A DNA stretch of 58,642 nucleotides, filler included, from Sphacelaria rigidula (Eukaryota), in assembly GCA_964200075.2 (NCBI GenBank). It is 4 parts of 4 records of this genome, joined end to end, with 100 filler letters (N's around TTAATTAATTAA, not from the genome) between each part and the next. Parts side by side here need not be neighbours in the genome. Positions count along the whole stretch, not along the records: positions 1 to 14,589 come from CAXNAA020002160.1; positions 14,690 to 29,276 come from CAXNAA020002161.1; 2 more parts are not named here. One strand, given 5' to 3'. This document shows positions 13,278 to 24,629 of the stretch, one piece after another. Numbering within the stretch: the first letter of the stretch is position 1; each line of letters starts with the position of its first letter. The notes under the pieces were generated by a model. That model saw only the letters and a program-made list of their open reading frames with translations. It had not been told where the DNA came from and made no database searches. The position numbers and the translations under genes are program-made.

Positions 13278-14000
13278 CTGCGTTGTTTTGTATTGTATTG
13301 CAGTGAGGCGTTATAAGATGCGTACGCAAAAAATACAGGGATATGTACGGAGGACGATCCGCTCCGCGGTGCGGATTTTTTTTTCGAAACCTCACGGAGC
13401 GGAGCGGATATCTGTCAGTGGGAAAACTCACGGATTTTCACGGGGCGGATATCCGCCAATAAAAATGTCACGGATTATTGCGGAGCGGATATTCGTGGCG
13501 GGGATTTTTTCACGGAGCAAATTGCCCCCCACCGTGGAACAATCCGCACAAACCGGGGCAATTCCCCGCGGTGCACCGTCGCAGTAATCCGTGAACCGAT
13601 ACAGTTATCCGCGAAAAATGTATGGGTATCCGCGGATTAATACCAAAAAGTACGAAAGTAGTTAATGTGCTTTGACTTCCAGCTGCTGGACAGGGGGGAC
13701 GGCGGATTAAATAGCGCACATGTAAGGTCGAATCTCTTACAGAAAAAAAAGAACAATCGAGGATAATGAACAGTACATATATAAATTTTGAATATCACCC
13801 TACAGAACAGGGTGACGGGGGGCGGGGTGGCAGACGCGCAACAGCAGCAGCGCAAGACCCAGGACTACGGCTGTCCACCACAACAAAGAGCATGGAATAC
13901 ATTCCTCGACAATGACGCCAATAGCAGCACAGTAGTTTCCAACTGAAAGGGGAGATCTTGACGCCAAGTTCGAATTACGCCTTCCAGCTCGAGGCGCACG

Positions 14001-14003
<3 letters not shown>

Positions 14004-14070
<67 letters not shown>
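14004..14070. repeat. (TG)n microsatellite
   Basis: Uninterrupted GT dinucleotide run. Confidence 0.95.
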
Positions 14071-14073
<3 letters not shown>

Positions 14074-14127
14074 GGTGTGTGTGTGTGCGCGCGCGTATGT
14101 CCGTGCAAAGCGCGGTTTGCATGTTCA

Positions 14128-14589
14128 CAGCAGAATTTCAAAACCGTATCAGCGGAGTGCTTATCTAGAACAATATTTTCAAACTTCGAATTCCAACTTA
14201 CCCGGATTTCGGAACAATTTATCCGTGGGATTTTGTGTTTTTTCAGCGGATTGGTCTGAGTGATGCTACGGAGAACGCACGGACGAAGTACGGAGTACAA
14301 TTTTAGAACCATATAGGCGAATCGCTTTTACAGAACGATCATTTTTATACTTCGACTTCTAAGTTATCCGGCATTCAGGACAATTTCGTCCGTGGTAATC
14401 CGTGGCTTTTCAGCGGTTTGATCTGAGATATGCTACGGAGAACGCACGGCTTGAGTACGGAGTGCAGACTTTCAGAACCGTATCGGCGAATTGCTTATCC
14501 AGAACGATATTTTAATACTTCGAATTTTGAGTTATCCGGCATTCAGAACAAATTCATCCGTGTAAATCCGTGTCTTTTTAGCGGTTCGA
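14128..14589. repeat. Tandem repeat, ~167-bp monomer, ~2.8 copies, running off the scaffold end
   Basis: ctacggagaacgcacgg recurs at 14266 and 14433; agcgg recurs at 14245, 14412 and 14580. Confidence 0.8.
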
Positions 14590-14689
14590 NNNNNNNNNNN
14601 NNNNNNNNNNNNNNNNNNNNNNNNNNNNNNNNNTTAATTAATTAANNNNNNNNNNNNNNNNNNNNNNNNNNNNNNNNNNNNNNNNNNNN
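14590..14689. other. Artificial scaffold-joining linker
   Basis: 44 N + TTAATTAATTAA (stop in all six frames) + 44 N. Confidence 0.97.
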
Positions 14690-14889
14690 GCGTTCCTTTT
14701 TTTAAAGAGGTCCTTCTGTGGGGAGGGTGTCGGTATCATCCTTTCGCCGGGGCCCCCCCCCCCGGGGGGGGGGGGGGGGGGCGTACTCATTTGTTGCTCG
14801 GGGGGGGGGCACTCATTTGTTGCTTGCCTTAGTCGATTGACCATTCACCATGCATCCCTTTCGAGACGGAGCACCGTGCCCCGGCGACT

Positions 14890-15240
14890 GTGTTGTATGT
14901 GTGTGTGTTGTCGTCCCATCTATTCTGGACGCCAGTCTACACCTTTCGGTATGTGAGGGCGCACCAGCCGAGGTCACACAGGAGGAAGGTCAACACAGTT
15001 TTTTCATTGCTTTTTCTTAGTACCCCACCTTCCTTCTGCGGTGCTTGCCTTTTGTTTTTTATCGCGAGAGGGGTTCAGCAGTCTCGTTCCCTCGTCGACC
15101 GCGTAGTCGAATTTTGGGTACCCACGACATACTCGCTCTCCACTGTCCGGCATGGTGTGAGAAAATATCCCAGATCACTTCGAGAATTGAACCCACAACA
15201 CAACCATGAGAAGGTTTCCAACTGAGCCACCGGGGCGACC
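14890..15240 (-). mobile_element. tRNA-derived SINE, family A (copy 1)
   Basis: Minus-strand head GGTCGCCCCGGTGGCTCAGTTGG (A-box), a degenerate B-box, a shared body and a CA-rich tail. Homologous to 17205-17603 and 48787-49155. Confidence 0.75.
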
Positions 15241-15339
15241 GTACTGTTCAAACCAAAAATCAGCGTTGCCCGCTGTACGTATATAATTCAAAGTCATGAT
15301 CTAAAACCAGCTACAGTTCGTATAGTCGTACTATTGCGC

Positions 15340-15506
15340 ACTCTGGACAATATATGATCAATAGATGCAATAGAAAAGAAGTGTGTACTGGGTAAAGTCT
15401 AGGCCTATTGCAACTATTGTCGGCCATCAATAGTTGCAATAGGCCTAGACTTTACCCAGTACATATTTTGTCTATCGCATCACTTGAGCACATATTGTCC
15501 GGGGTA
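15340..15506. mobile_element. Palindromic fold-back MITE (~170 bp)
   Basis: Perfect 36-bp stem (15384-15419 / 15428-15463) with an 8-nt loop and imperfect outer arms. A diverged copy lies at 52923-53100. Confidence 0.75.
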
Positions 15507-15571
15507 TTCATCTTTGTAAGGAGCAAGCCGCGTTTTTCGTCCGGTTAGAAATAAAGCAGCCCACAACTGAC

Positions 15572-18500
15572 CAGCAGCGTGTCGAGCGAGAACAGGTTCC
15601 CCACTAGCCATGTCGCGTCCTCGTATTGATCCCTGGCCGACTGGATCATGACTTCGCTCAAGTCGACGCCCGTTACATCCGCAGCCGCAACCGTGCTGCT
15701 TAGACCTGGTCATACATACAAAAAGTACCATATTTTCGAGAACGGCCAGATATCATGGATTGTTCAAGGTAAACTTGCGGAGGCTCATCACCACGAGAGT
15801 ACCCAGTCATTGGCGGATTATGACGGAATGATGGAGTGCAAAAACACAAAATAGATTCGACATGAGAGGTCAGCTCGAGCACTGAAAAATTGTGCGCCTT
15901 CTTGTGCTCGCAAACCATACGTCAGTTTTTTCGTGTTTCGTTTTGAGGTAGTATCTCCAAGAATGAGTACGCCCTCCCCCCAAAAAAATGAATAATAATA
16001 ATAATAATAATAACCTGCACAACAAAGAGAATTGGACGGCCTGTGTTGATTAGAAAATTTTAAAAACGAGAAATCATCCGACTGCAGGGAAAAGTTTTCG
16101 TGCATACTTGATCATGATTGGCTGTTGGAATACGAGAAGCAAACAAAAACAAATATGTCGTGGATGTCGACAATCAATTGACGAGCTTTTTTTTTTGTTC
16201 ACCCCTGTCACACTTCGAACCCCATTTCCTTCCTCGGGACGAGTCCGTGGTCTCAAGGGATTAACTCATCTCTCTCTCTCTCTCTCTCTCTCGGTACACG
16301 CCTTGCATTATTGATCTCGCGGATTGGGTCAGCACCCCCGCACCGCGTCAACTCACGTAAAACAAACCCAGTGAAAACTTTTTGTTTGTTTGTATACTCG
16401 CATACCCACGTACTCACTCAATCCTACACCGCGTCAAACTCTCCTCAAACACTACTAACTCCAAGTCAAAATTCCCTCTTGGTTTACTTACTCACGCACT
16501 TCACGCATTCGACGGTGTAAATCAGGCACTCTCAAGAAAAAACCCCGACGCGCAGGGAATCGAGCCCACGTTCTCTCCACCCTAATGGTGATAATCGGAC
16601 CATTTCAATTATCATCACCGGGGCCGCGGCAGCATGTACGAGATAAGCACGACCAGGAGGTCTGCTGGGGCTTGATGATTCTGTTCCCATTTTTTTACGC
16701 GCCTTCAACGTCTGCCCGTCGTCGGGATGGGTCCGTGTCTCCCCCGGCACAGATGCACGTCTGTGGACTTTTGCTATCGCGGGTCGGATCAGTGGTACTC
16801 TTCAGGCCCCGTCCCGTCTGAACGGAAAAAAATATATGAGAATGGGATTGTAAAAATGAGAATGACTGTTGAGACAGACTGCCCATGTTTTGGCAACCCA
16901 TGTTTTGGCAACCATTTCACGCTCCCTTTCGCATTACTGTTGTCATTTTCGTTTTTTTTTTTTTTACTCAGGCCGTGTCTTCAGCGAATCATTTCTCGGT
17001 CGGAAAAATGTCGTGGAAACGGGAGGTTCCGATGTGATAGGCCGTGATTTCAACATAAACGGCGATCGTTGAAATCACCCTTCATTAAATTGGAATGCCT
17101 CTTTTCCACCGCACGTTTTCGATCAAAAATAATGTCCTAGGACACGCCCTTGGTGGTTGTGAGAATGCGGGAAGGGGAACGTAAAATGGCTGCCGAGATT
17201 GGGCTGTTGTGAAGTTGTTTGTATTGCCAACCCCATCTATTCTGGACGCCAGGCTACACCTTTCGGTATACTGTATGTGCGCGCATCAGCCACGGGTCGC
17301 ACAGGAGGAAGGCGAACACAGGAGAAAGGGCACTACAAGAGTTTACTTTTTTTTTTCTTCTTCAAGTACTCCACCTTTCTCCTGCAGTGTTTGCCTCATT
17401 TTCTATCGCGAGATAGGTTGCTTCAGTCGTCCCTTTCCCTCGTCGACCGTGAAGTCGAATTTCGTGTACCCACGTCATAACTGTTCTCCATTGTTTGGCA
17501 TTGTGCGAAAAAAATCCCAGATTGTGTGACTCCACCGAGATTCGAACCTACGGCCCAACCGTCAGAAGGTTTAGAGGTTACCAACTGAGCCACCGGGGCG
17601 ACCAGCCTTCGTCGAAATAATCGTCATTCTCACAATTCTACCCTCATTTTTTCTTTTTGCCAGATCCAGCCTTACGCAATGCTCGCATTGAAAATGACGA
17701 ACTACTGTCCTCACACGAAGTTGTATCACGGCACACAAGACTGACTTTTCTGTCACAACAAGTGCGCGAGCAGAGAAGGTGCAAGAAAAAAAAAAAATGT
17801 GAAAAATGCACACGTCGGACAGATCAGCTCCCTATAGCTTGAGCTAGCTCTTTTTTAGCGTAGCTCCCTAGTGAGCTATGAGAGCTGTATGAGCTACGCA
17901 TGCTTTGCCTGGGGTGAGCTATGAGAGCTGCATGAGCTGCGCATGTTTGCTGTACGTGAGCTACCAACCCGTAGCTCAACAGCTCATATTCGTCCTGGGT
18001 GAGCTATGAGAGCTGTATGAGCTACGCACGTTTGCGATAGGTGAGCTACCAACACGTAGCTCAACAGCTCATATTCGTCCTGGGTGAGCTATGAGAGCTG
18101 CATGAGCTACGCACGTTTACGATAGGTGAGCTACCAACCCGTAGCTCATCAGCTCATATTCGTCCTGGGTGAGCTATGAGAGCTGCATCAGCTACGCATG
18201 ATTGCCCCGGATGAGCTATGAGAGATGCATGAGCTACACATGTTTGCCCCGGATGAGCTATGAAAGATGCATGAGCTACACATATTTGCCCCGGATGAGC
18301 TAAGAGAGTTACGGGAGCTACGCATGATTGCACTGGTTGAGCTAAAAAGCTACGGGAGCTACGCCGATCTTGGAGTTGTTTCTGTTCCGATACTCATGCA
18401 CGTTGATATTGTACGAACGTGACAATGGTCAGATGTGCACACACCTGTTCCGTTTCGTGTAGCGATGGATTTTCTGTTCGTAAATATCAACAATCAACAT

Positions 18501-21500
18501 GGCTGCATCAGAAACCATCCGCATCATAGCCACTACATACACACACAACCGCAGACGCACACACAACCACACACACACACAATTCGCCCTGCATGGCGAC
18601 CGCGGGGGGCAGCAGCTCTAGCCGCGCTTCAGTCGGAAATGATGCCGTGCATCTGGATCCTTCGCAACAGGCGATCGATGTGGAACACGGGATTACACTT
18701 GCTCACATAAGCACATGTTTGCCTTGAGTGAGCTATCGAGCGTAGCTCATCCGCATATGTTTTCCCTGGGTGAGCTGTAAGAAGGTCGTGAGCTACACAT
18801 GTTTTTCCCGAGAGAGCTACAAGAGCAAGGTGAGCTACGCATGTTTGCCTTGGGTGAGCTACCGGACGTAGCTCATCCGCGCATGTTTTCTCTGGGTGAG
18901 CTGTGAGAGCTACATGAGCTGCACATGTTTGCCCTAGGTGAGCTACCAACCCGTAGCCCATCAGCTCAGATTCGCCCTGGGTGAGCTACGAGAGCAACAT
19001 GAGCTACGCATGTCTGCCCTGGGTGAGCTACCAACCCGTAGCTCATCAGCTCACATTCGCTCCGGGTGAGCTATGAGAGCTGTATGAGCTGCGCATGTTT
19101 GTCCTGGGTGAGCTACCTACTCGTAGCTCATCAGCGCACGTTTACCTTGTGTTAACTATCGGACGTAGCTCACATGTACATGTTTGACAACAAGTTAGCT
19201 ACCGCCCGCAGATGAGCTAGCTCGTGAGCTGTCCTTCGTGTGGAAAAATATGACCACGACCACACCGACCGCCAGATAAAATGATGTTTTAAATGGTCAC
19301 TCGCATTAGTAACAGTACCATTGTACGAGCTAGACGATACCATGTTGCGGTAACATATTCTTATTTCCATCCGTTGTTCCAAGTACAGGGAGGAGAGATG
19401 GCATTTGGCGCCCCCGTTTTCACCGTGTACTTCTTGCGCTATTTCAATAAATATATAGTGTGTATGTACACAGACACAAGGTGGGATGAGCGCGAGGCTA
19501 GTCGACGTACAGTCACTGAGAAGTAGTGCAGAGTAAGAGTGCAAGGGTTGCATGGGAACGCCGAGCTACCGTCATGCAAGGCTTGAAAAAAAAGAAGGGA
19601 AAAAAAAAAGAAGAGAGACCTGATGATGAACCATTCCGACGGGGGAATCGCAGCAATAAGTTCACCGCCGTTTCCCTTGCAAGATTCGAACCCTCCCCTG
19701 TTGTTGTATCCTCGCTGAACTCCCTCGAATGATCTAGTTAGTTCCCTTGTAAGATCCGGTATACGCCCACACAGCATCGAACACGTTACTTCTCCGATAT
19801 ATAATGATGTCGTGACGAAGAAGGAAGTTCAGGGCTCCTGGCGAACGGAACAGAGCAGCCGGGGAAGAACTTTCTTCGTGCCGAAATCGATATGATAGAT
19901 AGCACTGACCGTTATTCTCCATGTATTGCTTTCCCCCTGTCCAAATAATGAAATCCATATATCAACAACACAAATTGATTAATTACAGAAAGTAGTGGGC
20001 GGCCTAACTATTCATTTTGTGGCATTTTGTGATTTTTTCGTATTTGGCGATTTTCTTGGGCTCTTTTCGCTTGCCACCGCTCATCACATCGAGAATCTGA
20101 ATAGATTTGTATCCCCTCCGCATTCCAAGAAAAGAAAAACATTATTACTCAATATTGAGTGACTTACGGGCTGACCGGTCATCGGGGGTCCTGCCACGTT
20201 TCAGCCCACATTCTCACTCTCCGGTATTTTCGGTCGATCGAGCATGTCCCGATCATATTTGTGAAGAAATGTACAGTTTTATATTTTTGAAATTTTACCT
20301 ACTCATTGGACTACAGTAATGGGCGGTCTAACTTTTCAGCGGGGTTTCGGGGTTTTCCTCGCGTTCTACTCTTCGATCGAACTCGAAATTGCTAGCGTCG
20401 GTAGATTTTGGTACAATGAACAGATCATCCTCAGAACACAGTGCCCAAGTCAGTGCTAGTTGGTGTTATCGGGCGAAACGAGTACATACCCCGTTCATCA
20501 GGAGGGTGTTATTGACCGTGAAACACTGTTTTTCGGCTTGAGTGCAATCAACAGGCAGAATTTCAAAAATATAAAACTGTACATTTTTTTAGAAATATAA
20601 TCGGGACAGGCTCGATCGACCGAAAATACCGAAGGGTAAGAATACGGATCCCGATGACCGGTCAGCCCTTAAGTCACTCAATATTGAGTACATTTTTTTT
20701 GTTTCTTGGAATGTGGAGCGGATACAAATATCTTCAGATCCCCAATGTGATAAGCGGTGGCAAGCGAAAAGAGCCCAAGGAAATCGCCAATTACGAAGAA
20801 ATCACAAAATGCCTCAAAATGAATAGTTAGACCGCCCACTACTGTACAGCCGAAAAACTGTGTTTCACGGTCAATAACACCCTCCTGATAAACGGGGTAT
20901 TTACTCGTACCGCCCGATAACACCAACTGACGCTGACTTGGGCACTGTGATTCGAAAATGATCTGTTTTGTGTACCAAACTCTACCGACGCTAGCAATTT
21001 CACGTTCTATCAAAGAGTAGTACGCGAGGAAATCCCAAAACACCCCTGAATAGTTAGACCGCCCACTACTGTATTTAATCAACTACTTAATTAATGTATC
21101 TGATCGAGTTCTACAGAAGGATACCCTGACGGGCCCTGTATGTATGTTCCATGCTGTAATTTTGGTTCGATCTGTTCTCATTTGTTCAGTCATACCGTAT
21201 AGCGGGTGAGGCGAAACACCCTTTTTCTGGGTCTTGTTCGTTCGTTGTGATCTGAGCCTGCGAAAACGGAGACTAGCAAAAAGACCAACGAAAAATGCAA
21301 CATGCAAGGGACTACATGCATGCATGCACACACAATACACAGCACATACACCGGTTAGAACAACCATTTCTTCACTTGGAGGCTGCTACATGCCAATTCT
21401 GCTACTAGTAGTGTATTTTTCAACGGTAAAGGGACTGGTGCGCATCTTCTTCGTCCTCTTGAATCCCCCTCCCCCGCTCCCTCTGCGCGCACCCACCTGT

Positions 21501-21894
21501 CATCGTCTCTCCTTCAAGCCGCCGCTGCTGTCCTAGCTTCGGCCGGACCCCTTCCTCGCGCTCGGTGCCCATTTCATTCTCGAGCAGCTTCTTATTTTGC
21601 TTTTTCAGCTTTTTTTGCTTCTTCTGTTTCCCGCCGCGGCCGCCGCCACCACCACCCACCGCTGCCACGCCCAGCAGGTGAGGCATGAGCACTCCGTCGC
21701 CGCATCCAATATCCAGAATCTTGGCGGCATACGGTCTTACCGCTCCCGTCGCGGCCAGCGGTGCCTCGGCGCCCGGCGGCGCGTTGTCTGTGGTAACGGG
21801 GTTAGCTGCTGGGGGTAGCCGTGCGGCATCCGCGACTCGCTGCAGCTTCTTGGCGACCTGCTTTTCCTCCCGCAGCTCCTGTGTCGTTTTGCGG
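15572..21894 (-). CDS. Class I SAM-dependent methyltransferase, partial (two internal exons)
   Basis: Exon 21894-21497 encodes ...KILDIGCGDGVLMPHL (motif I). It splices in phase 1 (GTGGGT...CAG) to exon 15705-15572 encoding DVTGVDLSEVMIQSARDQYEDATWLVGNLFSL (acidic beta2 strand and following helix). The 5' and 3' exons were not identified. Confidence 0.8.
16269..16630 (-). mobile_element. Probable second tRNA-derived SINE with (GA)n tail
   Basis: Minus-strand head GGCCCCGGTG... with B-box-like GGCTCGATTCC at ~16555-16566. A (TC)n run at 16269-16292 could be the tail. Confidence 0.4.
17205..17603 (-). mobile_element. tRNA-derived SINE, family A (copy 2)
   Basis: A-box TGGCTCAGTTGG and B-box GGTTCGAATC on the minus strand; body shared with copies 1 and 3. 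Confidence 0.8.
17809..19242. mobile_element. Non-autonomous hAT/P-like DNA transposon with internal GAGCTA minisatellite
   Basis: TIRs CACACGtcGGACAG / CTGTCCttCGTGTG. 8-bp flanks gaaaaatg/gaaaaata. Arrays of ~41-44-bp units at 17860-18362 and 18705-19170 surround a unique core. Confidence 0.75.
19986..21071. mobile_element. Tc1/mariner-like MITE (outer copy) interrupted by an inverted copy of itself
   Basis: TIR CAGTAGTGGGCGGTCTAACT with TA flanks. Block order is A-B-A'-B'. Confidence 0.8.
20314..20844. mobile_element. Tc1/mariner-like MITE (inner copy, 531 bp)
   Basis: TA|CAGTAATGGGCGGTCTAACT ... AGTTAGACCGCCCACTACTG|TA. Confidence 0.85.
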
Positions 21895-21992
21895 CTGTTG
21901 GGGTCCCAGGATAATCATGGGGGGTCGGTTCATGTCCGTGAGTGCCACCATAAAAAAGAGAAGGAAGCGAGAGTATGATGAGCACGGATACG

Positions 21993-22033
<41 letters not shown>
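21993..22033. repeat. (CAA)n microsatellite
   Basis: About 13 perfect trinucleotide units. Confidence 0.95.
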
Positions 22034-22375
22034 CGAAATTATTTTAACTTCATTTTCCGCCCCGGTGTCGGATGCAACAAAGCCGCGGGGTGCGGGAAAT
22101 TCGGGACTAGAAAATCCAACTTCGGGCGTGAGGTTTCATTCAACCCTCAGCGGCTCCGGGACGATTACGTGCTGAGCTGCAACGGTTTTGTTGCGGTGTT
22201 TTCACGTCGCTGTACCTATCAGATCATCACCCTGCAGTATTTCGCCGCGTTTTGGCGAGATTTATTTTTATTTTCCATATATCCGCGTTTTTTTTTTCTT
22301 CGTCACCGGGCTGCGTCAATTGGTATGCGTTTCATGTTGTGTTGTGCGATCTGTGGATGTCATATTAGCGGCATT

Positions 22376-22682
22376 AGACCATTTTTTATGGGAACCAATC
22401 CGTATACATGAAAATTTCAGACCGCTTACAGGCTATTTCCTCCCGTGGATCGATTTTTCGGACCCCCGTCCGTTGGGCAGTGTTTTTCGGCTAGCGGTGA
22501 GAAAACCAGATCAATTCTGCGATTCTTTGGACGTTAAATTTTGGTTCATTACTTTTCTGCTCATTTCGGGACACTCCCGCATCTCCCCGGTTTGAGCAGA
22601 AAATCAATCCAGGGGAGGAAATCGCGTCTAGACAGACTGAAATCATCATATTTGTAGGATTGGTTCCCATAAAAAATGGTCT
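22376..22682. mobile_element. MITE with 26-bp perfect TIRs
   Basis: agaccattttttatgggaaccaatcc ... ggattggttcccataaaaaatggtct. Confidence 0.75.
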
Positions 22683-23689
22683 TGTTGACGAGAGTCCTCT
22701 CCCCCCCCCCCAGGACTTTTCCGACTTTTGTTCTCCCTGAAAAATCGAAGTTTTTATATATACAAGATATTGTCTATTGTCGTCCCCTCGTCCTGAAGAA
22801 TATGTTTTTGAAATTAATTTGTGTTCCAAAATATCAAAATATCCTACTGGCGTTTCTCAGACGTACGTCAAAACCTCGCCCTCTCTCAGCGATGTCATAC
22901 CTCGTACCATGCAACTTCAGAGGTCACGGACCTAATCACTCTCAGGTCACGGATCTGATGCGTTGATCACTCTACGGTGGGTTCCGAACACAGTAACGTA
23001 GACATTATGAGAATATACCGTATCGCCCTGTCCGTCGTATTGGGCTATAATTCCCTAGGGCCATCTGCCGCCGCCAACGCTAACTTGTCATACCTCATCG
23101 CTTGGCGCCTCTGACACCATCCAAGGGTGTTGCGATGTCTATTCCTACCCATTCGTGCTCATCGTATAAATCGGCGAATCTAACATTATTTTAACCGGCA
23201 GATTTTACCCGACATTCACCGCCGCTGTACGTTAGCTGTCATCGGCGAATTGGCGAATATATAAAAGTGATAATTTCATACGTTAATAACGGAATATTTA
23301 CAAATTTCATGGTACAGATTTAAAAACGTTCAATTTGACTATGAACCGCGACGGCTGATTGGTAATCATGGCGTCATTTTCCATTTTATTTCGGACAGAT
23401 TTTGACCGACTTCCACTGCCGCAGTCATCGGCAAATTGGCAAATTTGTCAAACCCGAGGCTAGATTTTTGGGGTAATCTGTATAATAGTCAGTTTTGGAC
23501 TCATTTATTGCCTGGCCTGGTTTGGAGAGATGCTGTCACATTCTCCGGAGAGAAATTTGATTGTTTGTTTCCCTCCCTCCCCCCTGAAAAAAGTCGGAAA
23601 TTTCGTCTCAGCATCTCCCGTTAATACTTTAGTACCCCTGACCACATGGTAGGCTGAAGAACTTTTTCGGAAATATATGATTTTGAAAT

Positions 23690-24391
23690 AATCCTAACCC
23701 TGAACAAGGCAATACCGAGAACCCTCGGGCAAGGGAGGGTGGACAGGGTGCCTGACGCAAAGTGTGCGTTGGTATACCTTGAATCGGTGCCTGTGGCGTC
23801 AATTCCGACAATCACGCGTTCTGCGAACGTTAGGAGCACTCGGGACTGTCACCCACAGTAAAAATCCCATTTCTCGGTGTTGACACTGAAATCAAGTAAT
23901 AAGCCAAGTTCAACCTACCAAATGGTAGTATCTACTGGATTTGTGCACCAGCCCTCCCTTAATACCATGGTACCTACCAAACGCGCTGTGATTTTATTCC
24001 AGTAGAGTTAGCCGGAGTTCGGCTACAATCCGATATATTACTTGATTTGAGTGTAAACAACGAGAATCGGATCTTTAGAAGGGGCTTTACAGTCCCATGT
24101 GCTCCTAGCGTGCGCAGAAGGCGTTATCGTCCAAGTAGGCGCCACAGGCGCCGATTTGACGTTTACGAAGGCACACTTTGCTTACGCAACCTTATGTGCT
24201 TCCCTTGCCCTTGGGTTCTCAGTTCTGCCTTGGAAGGGGTTAGGGTTAGCGTTTTCGTCCAAATCGGCGCCTGTGGCGCCGATTTGAGGTTTATGACGGC
24301 ACACTTTGCCTACGGAGCCTTGTGTACTTACCTTGCCCGAGGGTTCTCGGTATGTCTTTAGTCAGGGTTAGGGTTAGGGTTAGGATTAGGG
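23690..24391. mobile_element. Fold-back element with telomere-like TTAGGG at its outer ends
   Basis: Diverged inverted arms 23690-23900 and 24037-24250, plus a tandem extra subunit at 24260-24391. CCTAACCCT on the left, (TTAGGG)2-4 on the right. Confidence 0.6.
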
Positions 24392-24629
24392 GTGGCGATA
24401 GTTGTAAAATATGTCAGCCATGGACAGAATGTGGCCCAACTCCCCGTTAACCAACCTCTTTTATTCAGTGCCGCATCCCAATCGGAGCCATCACACCGGG
24501 GGGGCGTTGAGTTGAGGAAGACAGGAACAACGAAATGATCGAAAAAAACGATCGCACCTAGGTGCCCTGTCTCGCATGACTACAGTAGTACACCTGTCAC
24601 AACCCCTCGGACGTAGTACTGTACAGGGA

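Noticed and set aside
13119..15705. Joining the 13277-13119 exon to the methyltransferase exons as one gene
   Set aside because: The phases would fit, but an artificial linker separates the two scaffolds and the domains are unrelated.
17535..17603. tRNA gene
   Set aside because: A and B boxes are present, but the sequence is fused to a repeated ~300-nt body in three diverged copies, so it is a SINE head.
17860..19170. CRISPR-like regular repeats (also 51990-52450 and 57790-58270)
   Set aside because: Units are contiguous, degenerate minisatellites without unique spacers. There are no cas genes, the context is eukaryotic, and two of the arrays are bounded by TIR/TSD.
24361..24391. True chromosome telomere
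   Set aside because: Only about four degenerate TTAGGG units, internal to the scaffold.
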